A stretch of 6,797 nucleotides of DNA from a virus. Taxonomy: Duplodnaviria > Heunggongvirae > Uroviricota > Caudoviricetes. A program made the translations under genes and the position numbers. The notes below the pieces were generated by a model that had not been told where the DNA came from, ran no database searches, and was given only the letters and a program-made list of their open reading frames with translations. This document shows, piece by piece, positions 1 to 5,495 of this stretch (position 1 is the stretch's first letter; every line of letters begins with the position of its first letter). Location: positions 1 through 6,797 of the IMG/VR virus record IMGVR_UViG_2690316105_000023, one strand, 5' to 3'.

Positions 1-315
1 TCATGATTCCACCTCTCCGGTTTTAACGTTGATGGTTGTTACCTGTTCCGCTTCGGCAATCTCCCGTTCTGTCAGCGTGGCAAAGTTTGCAGCTGCCGTT
101 GTCATGAATGCGCTTATCAGTTCGGGATTCTCCTTCGCGTATCCTTCCCGTGTGTGGCGGTCTATAACTTTGATTGCCACCTTTAGGGAAAGCTCTGTCA
201 TGTCTAACGCTTTATATTTTTGCTGTGTTCTGTCTCTGCGCATTTTGGTCATTTGTCGCCCCTGATTCATGTTTTCGGTCGGCATGTTTGTTAAGTGATT
301 TTGATGTATGCACAT
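1..315 (-). CDS. Hypothetical protein, 5' portion only (runs off the left edge)
   Basis: Open frame with two candidate starts: ATG 315 (GGGGG SD, 9-nt spacer) or ATG 252 (AGGGG SD, 6-nt spacer; MTKMRRDRTQQKYKALDMTELSLKVAIKVIDRH...). No stop within the window. Function unknown. Confidence 0.5.
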   Translation of the reverse strand: MCIHQNHLTNMPTENMNQGRQMTKMRRDRTQQKYKALDMTELSLKVAIKVIDRHTREGYAKENPELISAFMTTAAANFATLTEREIAEAEQVTTINVKTGEVES

Positions 316-361
316 TTATTTTTACCCCCTCGTTTAAAAAGTTTTAGGTTGTGGTGCACCT

Positions 362-587
362 CCTCTACCTCTCTACCTAATCATCTTTCAGGTCAGTAAT
401 GGCGCGGCTTTCAGATGGGTAGAGGGCTTTCGTGGCCCTCTACCCATCATCTACCCGCCCCTCACAAACAACCTTAATCATGGTGGAGGGGGTAGAGGGC
501 TTTTATTTGCCTTCTACCTGCCCCTCTACCCACTTATCATATTGAATAATTTATATTTATTTTCTTTAGGTAGAAGAGGTAGAGGGC
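362..587. repeat. Iteron cluster, putative origin of replication
   Basis: At least nine copies of the 7-bp core CTCTACC / GGTAGAG in both orientations: 363-369, 371-377, 418-424, 438-444, 450-455 (partial), 492-498, 512-518 (variant), 524-530, 569-575 (variant), 578-584. Includes the inverted pair GGTAGAGGGC-N7-GCCCTCTACC (418-444) and an AT-rich stretch at 532-567. Starts right after the primase stop. Confidence 0.7.
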
Positions 588-599
588 TTTTGTCTAAAA

Positions 600-2354
600 T
601 TATAAAAACGCGTCGCAATCCTCTGTTGTTGTCACATTGGTTTGCGTAAGTCCTTTAACCCTGCGCGTTATATATTCACATCCGTAAACTTTTGCCGCTG
701 GCTTCATGGCCTTGCTGAAATCAGCCACGTTTAGCGGCTTGCTTCTTCCTGCGTATGCCATAAACGCCAGATAGACGCGGTAAAGGCTGTTTCTGGTCGT
801 GTACTTCACTGAATCGCCACCGCCACCCATCATCAGGCCGCGCGCTTCCTCCAGAAAATTCAGGAACTGGCAAAACTCAATAACCGGATCCGTCTGTTGC
901 TTTATTGCCAGTGCTTCATCACCGTCACGCTGTTCCAGTAGTAAAGCCCGTGCCTTCTCAGGGTCGGCAAAGTTCGCCAGTAATCGGCGGATAATCACAG
1001 GGATTTCAGCCGCGACCTTCTCCGGCAAATCCTTGTCCTTTTCTGCCTCGCTAACGATATTGTCAAAGCGAAAAATAACCCGACGACGTGCCACGCCTCC
1101 GGCCCGTTCGGTGAATATCATCGGGTTGTTGTTGGTCGTCAGCACCACCGCCCTGATTACCGCCGTGAAACGCTTTTCATATTTCGGGTTAATTTCCACG
1201 GGGTCGCCGCCCGTGATTTTCTTGATGCCCGTTCCTTCGCCTGTATATTTCGGCTGGTCTGCCAGGACGATAAGACGACTCCCGACAACCTGCGCACGTC
1301 CACCAGCATCATCAAGCGATGTCATTTCAGCGCTTACCGTGTTCTGTTTCCCTGCCAGAAGGCTGGCTATGTGCGTGAATGTACTTTTACCGCTTCCGCC
1401 GTCTCCGGTGGCCTCAATAAACATCTGCCAGTCGTACCGGTTCGCCATAATCATGTACAGCGCGGCACATATACGCATCATCTTGCGCGGGTCTTTTCCG
1501 GCTGCGTGCTCAAGCCATTTATGAAAATTTGGCGCGTTATCGCGGATGTTCTCCCCTGGTGCTGGTGGCGTGTACTCAATACCGTTGTGCGTGGTGATCC
1601 AGTTCTCCGGCGTGTGCGGGGAAAATTCCCCCGTTTTCAGGTCAAGCGCACCATTGGCGAACGGCAACAAATCGCCGGACGGCTCGCCCATTGGTTCGGC
1701 AATAACTTTTAACGCTTCCACGGCGTTATTGATTACGCGCTTGCTGAAAGTGGCCCTGTGCTCTGAATAGATCGCCACCATTTCGCGGCTAAGTTCCATT
1801 GTGCTGACCGGACACCATACCCCGCCGCGCCATACGTGAACGATTTCACTTTCAGGATGTACGCAAACGCCATCAAAGCGATCGGCAAGCAGCTGCGCGC
1901 GCTCACTGTCCGCCATCTGCGAAAGTTGCGCCTTTTGCTTTACCGGAAGCTCAATGACCAGACCATCAGAAAGATTCTGGCGCTCACGGGCCAGATATTC
2001 GCGCCAGTTCTCCACCTTCTGACCGTGCATACCATCAGGGTAAAAATTTGCATCCTGTACGCCTGCCGCCGCCAGCTTCTGGCCAATCGCCTTTATCATT
2101 ACTGGCGCAAGATATCCGGCCCTGAATATGCGCACGGATTTTCTGCCTTCCGGCACAATTTGCAGCTTATCCAGTTCTGATAACTGCTGCTCCCCAAGCC
2201 ACACAGGAGGCTCATTATCTCCGGCCATACGCGCATCATGTTCCTGCCATTGTTTCGCGTGTGCCCAGGCATCACTACCCGCAAAAATAATGACTTCTGT
2301 TCCTTTGTGTTTTATGCCGCGTGACTGCTGTTTTACGTTCGGTGCCAGTTTCAT
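600..2354 (-). CDS. Primase/helicase-type replication initiator (P4 alpha-like / PICI Pri-Rep-like, SF3 P-loop NTPase)
   Basis: 584-aa ORF with AGGGG SD 6 nt upstream of the ATG. Walker A motif GDGGSGKST and Walker B-like RLIVLADQ are present; the gene sits directly upstream of an iteron cluster. Confidence 0.9.
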   Translation of the reverse strand: MKLAPNVKQQSRGIKHKGTEVIIFAGSDAWAHAKQWQEHDARMAGDNEPPVWLGEQQLSELDKLQIVPEGRKSVRIFRAGYLAPVMIKAIGQKLAAAGVQDANFYPDGMHGQKVENWREYLARERQNLSDGLVIELPVKQKAQLSQMADSERAQLLADRFDGVCVHPESEIVHVWRGGVWCPVSTMELSREMVAIYSEHRATFSKRVINNAVEALKVIAEPMGEPSGDLLPFANGALDLKTGEFSPHTPENWITTHNGIEYTPPAPGENIRDNAPNFHKWLEHAAGKDPRKMMRICAALYMIMANRYDWQMFIEATGDGGSGKSTFTHIASLLAGKQNTVSAEMTSLDDAGGRAQVVGSRLIVLADQPKYTGEGTGIKKITGGDPVEINPKYEKRFTAVIRAVVLTTNNNPMIFTERAGGVARRRVIFRFDNIVSEAEKDKDLPEKVAAEIPVIIRRLLANFADPEKARALLLEQRDGDEALAIKQQTDPVIEFCQFLNFLEEARGLMMGGGGDSVKYTTRNSLYRVYLAFMAYAGRSKPLNVADFSKAMKPAAKVYGCEYITRRVKGLTQTNVTTTEDCDAFL

Positions 2355-2650
2355 TTTTTACCCCTGAATCCGTTAATCATGGTTTTCAGCTTCTGGATGT
2401 TTGCCCGTGCCCTGGCGTTGCTGGTGGGCACGTTATGCGGCGCGGTCTGTACCAGAGAAAAATCACGCCGGAACTGATAAACAGGCATCACGCAATCATA
2501 TTCGTAACCTTCACGGCGGTAGGTTACGCGCCGTTCTTCCACGCCCTTAATCATTACCGTGCCGCCGTACTGGTCGCGGTAAATATCACCGCGCGTAAAT
2601 TTAGGGTGAGTGTTGCCACTGGCAGTTAAGCCAGAATATTTAAGTTTCAT
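2351..2650 (-). CDS. Hypothetical protein, 99 aa, translationally coupled to the primase gene
   Basis: GGAG upstream of ATG 2650; its TGA stop overlaps the primase ATG (ATGA). No family recognised. Confidence 0.7.
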   Translation of the reverse strand: MKLKYSGLTASGNTHPKFTRGDIYRDQYGGTVMIKGVEERRVTYRREGYEYDCVMPVYQFRRDFSLVQTAPHNVPTSNARARANIQKLKTMINGFRGKK

Positions 2651-2655
2651 TATTT

Positions 2656-2889
2656 TTATTCTCCGGTGTGCTGTTCTTTATATCTGTCGTGCAATAGATC
2701 TATTTCTTGCAGTTCCATTATTACAGGCTCAAGAAGCGTTATTAATGCCGTGGCAATTCTTGATTTTTGTTTGTCGCGTTCATTGTCGCCAAGTGTTTCA
2801 AGCCATATGCGCAATATTTCCAGCATGTTTTCACTGTGAGAAAGTGCAAGAAATGCGCGGTCTATTGTTTCGAGGTAAATATCACGCAT
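2656..2889 (-). CDS. Hypothetical protein, 77 aa
   Basis: GAGGATG SD about 6 nt upstream of ATG 2889; the gene start overlaps the preceding gene's stop. No family recognised. Confidence 0.65.
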   Translation of the reverse strand: MRDIYLETIDRAFLALSHSENMLEILRIWLETLGDNERDKQKSRIATALITLLEPVIMELQEIDLLHDRYKEQHTGE

Positions 2890-3328
2890 GGCTTACATCC
2901 TCAGGAAATTTTCTTCTGTAACGCGCCTCTGCCACATATTCCGCATAATCGGCGGCGATATTCAGTACATCAAGTCCCGTTGATTTATATTCTTTCGTGG
3001 AAAGTAAGAAAAAAGCCGCTCTAATAAGTTCTGGCATTGACGAAAGCGCATCAGCCGCATCATCAGGAACGCCGGAAAATTCCTGTTTCAGGGAATTAAA
3101 ACGATCATCACGCATAACCCCCCCATTTTCACAATCAGCAACAAGAATATTTTTAGCGTCATTCAGCGACCGCGTAGCGGTGTATCGGATATATTCCAGG
3201 GCTAACGTTGTCCGGTCTTTCTGTTCTTCTCCCTGCGCAAGCTCTGCCGTGCATTCAATATCAATAAGCGCGTGCATCAGCGTAGTGAGTGCGGCTGCTG
3301 CGTTCGGTGTGGTTTTATTCTGCAACAT
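2882..3328 (-). CDS. Hypothetical protein, 148 aa
   Basis: GGAG 7 nt upstream of ATG 3328; stop overlaps the next start (ATGCGTGA). No family recognised by eye. Confidence 0.7.
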   Translation of the reverse strand: MLQNKTTPNAAAALTTLMHALIDIECTAELAQGEEQKDRTTLALEYIRYTATRSLNDAKNILVADCENGGVMRDDRFNSLKQEFSGVPDDAADALSSMPELIRAAFFLLSTKEYKSTGLDVLNIAADYAEYVAEARYRRKFPEDVSHA

Positions 3329-3533
3329 ATCTTAACTCCACTGAACTTACGTATTTACACGGGTTTCCTTTTACCTGTCGCACACGGTAGGAATCGTTTT
3401 TAATCACTTCCGCTATTTGCCCAAACTTTTTTACCGCTGTACGGCGGCTCTTGTAGCGGTAAGTGTTTATCTCCCTTCTGCTCATTACCGCTTCATTGTG
3501 ATATCTGGTTATCACTATCAGCACTTCAAACAT
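3315..3533 (-). CDS. Hypothetical protein (72 aa from ATG 3533; ORF track starts at a TTG at 3563)
   Basis: AGGGGG 6 nt upstream of ATG 3533; product MFEVLIVITRYHNEAVMSRREINTYRYKSRRTAVKKFGQIAEVIKNDSYRVRQVKGNPCKYVSSVELRYVAE. Its 3' end overlaps the next gene start by 14 nt. Confidence 0.6.
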   Translation of the reverse strand: MFEVLIVITRYHNEAVMSRREINTYRYKSRRTAVKKFGQIAEVIKNDSYRVRQVKGNPCKYVSSVELRYVAE

Positions 3534-3696
3534 GACGCACCCCCTGACGAATACGGGCGACAAAAATCAGATGTGCGTGCGGCAACTGGGCGCGGGCTTC
3601 GCGTTCAGTGGCTGCGGTAACGGTGTAAATATCAATGCTGCTGTGGTGGCACTGCATAAAGCGCCAGACAAAGTAAGGGCGTGCGGATACAGCCAT
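3526..3696 (-). CDS. Small protein, paralog A1 (56 aa), unknown function; may instead be the C-terminal part of a longer ORF 3526-3990
   Basis: GGGAG 8 nt upstream of ATG 3696; product MAVSARPYFVWRFMQCHHSSIDIYTVTAATEREARAQLPHAHLIFVARIRQGVRHV, paralogous to A2. The stop overlaps the ATG of the next gene (ATGTTTGA). The same frame stays open upstream to 3990/4032, so a 154/168-aa fusion is an alternative. Confidence 0.5.
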   Translation of the reverse strand: MAVSARPYFVWRFMQCHHSSIDIYTVTAATEREARAQLPHAHLIFVARIRQGVRHV

Positions 3697-3861
3697 GTGA
3701 AAGGCTCCCAATTTAATGTTAAGGAGTCTCACCACTACGCTGCTAAACGGGGTGGCGAGACGTAACAGGGTTAGCAGACTGGCAAATTGGGAAACCAGCG
3801 AGCGCAAAGGCTCCCCCGTTACGCCCCGCCATAATGCGGGTATGGGTAGGTTTACGGACAC

Positions 3862-3985
3862 AAAAAAACCGCTTATCGGATATGGGCGGCTGTCCGCCAA
3901 TTTATTCAGGCTGCTAAACCCGGTCGCCATGTGGGCGACGGGTGAAGCATACAGCCCCGTGATAATTTTTTGCAAGCGGTTTTTA
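3862..3985 (-). ncRNA. Candidate structured RNA element between the two paralogs (speculative; possible immunity/attenuator RNA)
   Basis: On the minus-strand transcript a long-range helix (AAAAACCGCUUG pairing with AAGCGGUUUUU) encloses three local hairpins: GGCUG/CAGCC, a 10-bp ACCCGUCGCC/GGCGACCGGGU stem, and GGCGG-ACAG-CCGCC. It ends in a U7 run. It overlaps an open frame (MSKNRLQK...), so a coding interpretation is not excluded. Confidence 0.2.
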
Positions 3986-4180
3986 CTCATGATGTGACCC
4001 CTGACGAATACGAGCGGCAAATACAGCAACACAACCTGACGGGCAACGGCTACGCGCTTCGCGTTCCGTCCAGGCGGTTACGTGGATGATTTGAGATTCT
4101 CCGGCACTCAGGGCCAGAAAACGCCACACAAAGGCCGTTTGTGTGTGTACAAGGTGTGTTATATGATTTACGGCAACCAT
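3983..4180 (-). CDS. Small protein, paralog A2 (65 aa), unknown function
   Basis: AGGAG 5 nt upstream of ATG 4180; product MVAVNHITHLVHTQTAFVWRFLALSAGESQIIHVTAWTEREARSRCPSGCVAVFAARIRQGSHHE. Shares FVWRF, VTAxTEREAR and ARIRQG with A1, and the nucleotide differences in the conserved core are mostly synonymous in this frame. The stop overlaps a downstream ATG (3988-3990) in an ATGAGTAA arrangement. Confidence 0.55.
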   Translation of the reverse strand: MVAVNHITHLVHTQTAFVWRFLALSAGESQIIHVTAWTEREARSRCPSGCVAVFAARIRQGSHHE

Positions 4181-4209
4181 AACGGCTCCTAGTTTACGTT
4201 GTTGGTTAG

Positions 4210-4253
4210 AAGCCCTGCGAGTGGTAATGACACTTGCGGGGCTTTGCTTTTTT
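4210..4253 (+). terminator. Plus-strand intrinsic-terminator-like hairpin inside the 5' leader of the leftward operon
   Basis: 14-bp stem AAGCCCTGCGAGTG / CACTTGCGGGGCTT (4210-4223 / 4231-4244, two G-U pairs), 7-nt loop, then TGCTTTTTT (4245-4253). On the minus-strand transcript the same sequence is a 5' UTR hairpin preceded by an A-run. Confidence 0.45.
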
Positions 4254-4269
4254 AAGTGCTCTTGTGTTA

Positions 4270-4321
4270 AGGTGACCACCTAACAATAGAAAGGCTAATT
4301 CAATAGGTGACCACTTGTCAA
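4270..4321 (-). promoter_or_regulatory. Candidate leftward operon promoter with two direct-repeat operator-like sites (AGGTGACCAC)
   Basis: Minus strand: perfect -35 TTGACA (plus coords 4316-4321), 18-bp spacer, -10 TAGCCT (4292-4297). Identical 10-mers AGGTGACCAC at 4270-4279 and 4305-4314, each containing the GGTNACC palindrome, lie in the spacer and just downstream of the predicted start site. Confidence 0.4.
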
Positions 4322-4506
4322 CAATCAAACGCGATAAAAGCCCTAAAGGGGACGGGCAATCCCCACAATTCAGAATGCGAATTTCTCCAGAGCTAAAAGA
4401 GCAATTCGATAAAGAAGCACAGAGCGACGGCATAAGCCTAGCCAACTGGCTTAAAGAGTTGGGGCGTACTGAACTAAAGCGGCGCGGTATAGAACCCAAA
4501 GGATAA
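4315..4506 (+). CDS. Putative ribbon-helix-helix (CopG/Arc/MetJ-like) DNA-binding protein
   Basis: Segment RMRISPELKEQFDKEAQSDGISLANWLKELGRTEL fits a beta-strand / helix / helix RHH pattern. Start is uncertain: TTG at 4315 (AGGTGA 4 nt upstream) or ATG at 4375 (no clear SD), giving 63 or 43 aa. Confidence 0.45.
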   Translation: MSTIKRDKSPKGDGQSPQFRMRISPELKEQFDKEAQSDGISLANWLKELGRTELKRRGIEPKG

Positions 4507-4563
4507 AAACTATCAGCGCCGTGGTGTGAGGTATTACGGCGCATTGCTATGCAGGACAACACA

Positions 4564-4737
4564 ATGACCGATAAAGAATTGACCAAAACATTATCACCGG
4601 CACGGAAAAGACGGCGCAGAAAGATAGAGCATGAATCAGAAAGATTCGCGCCATGTGCTTTTGCCCTTGAGCAATTCCTTAAAGAGTACAGGGAAAAGCG
4701 CTCATTGCAGGTATGGCAACGAACTGAACCAGACTGA
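4564..4737 (+). CDS. Hypothetical small basic protein (57 aa from ATG 4564; ORF track starts at 4549)
   Basis: ORF MTDKELTKTLSPARKRRRRKIEHESERF... with AGGA 8 nt upstream of ATG 4564 and a KRRRRK basic patch. No family recognised; kept as low-confidence because it is co-oriented with the RHH ORF and followed by the 4833-4860 terminator. Confidence 0.3.
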   Translation: MTDKELTKTLSPARKRRRRKIEHESERFAPCAFALEQFLKEYREKRSLQVWQRTEPD

Positions 4738-4832
4738 TTGCATTGCCCACCAGCCTGATAGCGGCTATCATCCCCGTGCTTATGTTTGGGATCACACACA
4801 CAAACGGCGCAGCGTGTTATCTGTTCAGAAAG

Positions 4833-4860
4833 GCGGCTCCATTTCGGGGCCGCTTTTTTT
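4833..4860 (+). terminator. Rho-independent terminator ending the short plus-strand unit
   Basis: 8-bp GC-rich stem GCGGCTCC / GGGGCCGC (4833-4840 / 4846-4853, one G-U pair), 5-nt loop ATTTC, then seven T (4854-4860). Confidence 0.65.
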
Positions 4861-5006
4861 ATGCCTGAAAAACCCCAATTTTGTGGTTTTCCAGTCTCAC
4901 CAGGGCGAACGAATCCCCGCCCACGTTCTGGCGTATATTCAATCTTCATGGTTATAGCTCTGTGTTCAGATGATTGATGTGTGGCGGCTGTGTGCCGCCA
5001 GCGTGA

Positions 5007-5195
5007 TTAATGAACTGCCTTGCAGCTATCCTTCCAGGCCAGAACCTCGGATAAAGACCAGCCAACGGAACGACCGCCAAGTTTACGACGTGATGGGAAT
5101 TGTCCGGCCTTTTCCAGGCGGTAGCGGCATGAGCGGCTAAGGCCTGTTAGCTTTTCGCATTCTTTTTCACGTATAAACCGATCAGTGCTTAACAC
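5007..5195 (-). CDS. alpA: AlpA-family phage transcriptional regulator (excisionase-like HTH)
   Basis: 62-aa ORF with the AlpA signature EKLTGLSRSCRYRLEKAGQFPSRRKLGGRSVGWSLSEVLAW. GTG start preceded by a strong SD (AAGGGGG, 5-nt spacer). It sits immediately downstream of int, as in CP4-57-type elements. Confidence 0.85.
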   Translation of the reverse strand: MLSTDRFIREKECEKLTGLSRSCRYRLEKAGQFPSRRKLGGRSVGWSLSEVLAWKDSCKAVH

Positions 5196-5256
5196 TATTG
5201 CCCCCTTTCGTTTCTTAAAGAGTTATTTCGTGTTCTATTGCGTTGGGATGTGTCTG

Positions 5257-5285
5257 ATTGTGTCAGGATGATTCAGAGTTGGCAA
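5257..5285 (-). promoter_or_regulatory. Candidate sigma70 promoter for alpA
   Basis: On the minus strand: -35 TTGCCA (plus coords 5280-5285), 17-bp spacer, -10 CACAAT (5257-5262), about 55 nt upstream of the alpA GTG. Consensus matching by eye only. Confidence 0.3.
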
Positions 5286-5354
5286 ATGTTGAGGTCGTAT
5301 GGTTTACAGAAACAGGAATAATCAGGATAAAATCATTTAAATTCATGTTAATAC

Positions 5355-5386
5355 AAAGGCATAAAATATTGTTTCATGCCTTTTTT
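5355..5386. terminator. Candidate bidirectional intrinsic terminator between int and alpA
   Basis: Perfect 8-bp stem AAAGGCAT / ATGCCTTT (5355-5362 / 5376-5383) with a 13-nt loop, followed by T-run 5381-5386 on the plus strand and by a T-rich TTGTATT on the minus strand. It lies about 200 nt downstream of the int stop on the int strand. Confidence 0.4.
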
Positions 5387-5495
5387 CTCGCTATTTAAAG
5401 AGTGATTCGCTAGTGTATAAAAAACCAGTAACACATTAAAAATCAGCTACTTATAAATCCGTACACTTTTTCGTCTCTTGTTCGTAGTTGTTCCG

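Noticed and set aside
29-265. Plus-strand 78-aa ORF at the left edge
   Set aside because: Antisense to the minus-strand ORF 1-315, which has an SD-supported start; its translation is hydrophobic, Cys-rich and unconvincing.
362-587. Possibility that the short repeats form a CRISPR array
   Set aside because: The repeats are only 7-10 bp, occur in both orientations with irregular spacing and include palindromic pairs. That fits origin iterons, not CRISPR repeat-spacer structure.
600-2354. Walker-A ATPase (GDGGSGKST) as a stand-alone defence NTPase
   Set aside because: Its position directly upstream of an iteron origin, its size and its P4 alpha-like context point to a primase/helicase replication initiator rather than a defence ATPase.
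799-2367. Plus-strand ORFs inside the primase gene (799-1524, 1371-1712, 1546-1770, 1836-2180, 2128-2367) and minus-strand 2099-2284
   Set aside because: All lie within, and antisense to or out of frame with, the 584-aa primase ORF, which has recognisable motifs. Their translations are Ser/Pro/Arg-rich and are typical shadow frames.
2321-3335. Plus-strand ORFs 2321-2629, 2610-2921, 2767-3024 and 2997-3335
   Set aside because: Antisense to the translationally coupled minus-strand gene chain; no SD-start support was found and the composition is Cys/Phe-rich.
3417-3997. Plus-strand ORFs 3417-3620, 3532-3765 and 3716-3997 overlapping the duplicated modules
   Set aside because: The differences between the two repeat copies are synonymous in the minus-strand frame, not in these frames, and the minus-strand ORFs have SDs and coupled stop/start overlaps. 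These plus-strand frames are treated as shadow ORFs.
3526-4200. Direct equivalence to the P4 seqA / cI(seqB) / seqC RNA immunity elements
   Set aside because: P4-style immunity needs a seqB element complementary to both targets. All three copies of the GGGAGCCTTT-type motif here are in the same orientation and I found no inverted copy in 3400-4330, so only a looser analogy is claimed.
4206-4949. 247-aa minus-strand ORF spanning the region between alpA and the leftward operon
   Set aside because: Cys/Ser/Arg-rich, low-complexity translation with no convincing SD. It runs antisense through the two plus-strand ORFs and straight through the 4833-4860 terminator hairpin, so it is most likely a spurious open frame.
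4982-5000. GC-rich hairpin TGGCGGC-TGTGT-GCCGCCA immediately downstream of the alpA stop
   Set aside because: A perfect 7-bp stem, but with no U-tract on either strand. It could be an RNA stability element or a protein-binding palindrome; the evidence is too weak to call a terminator.
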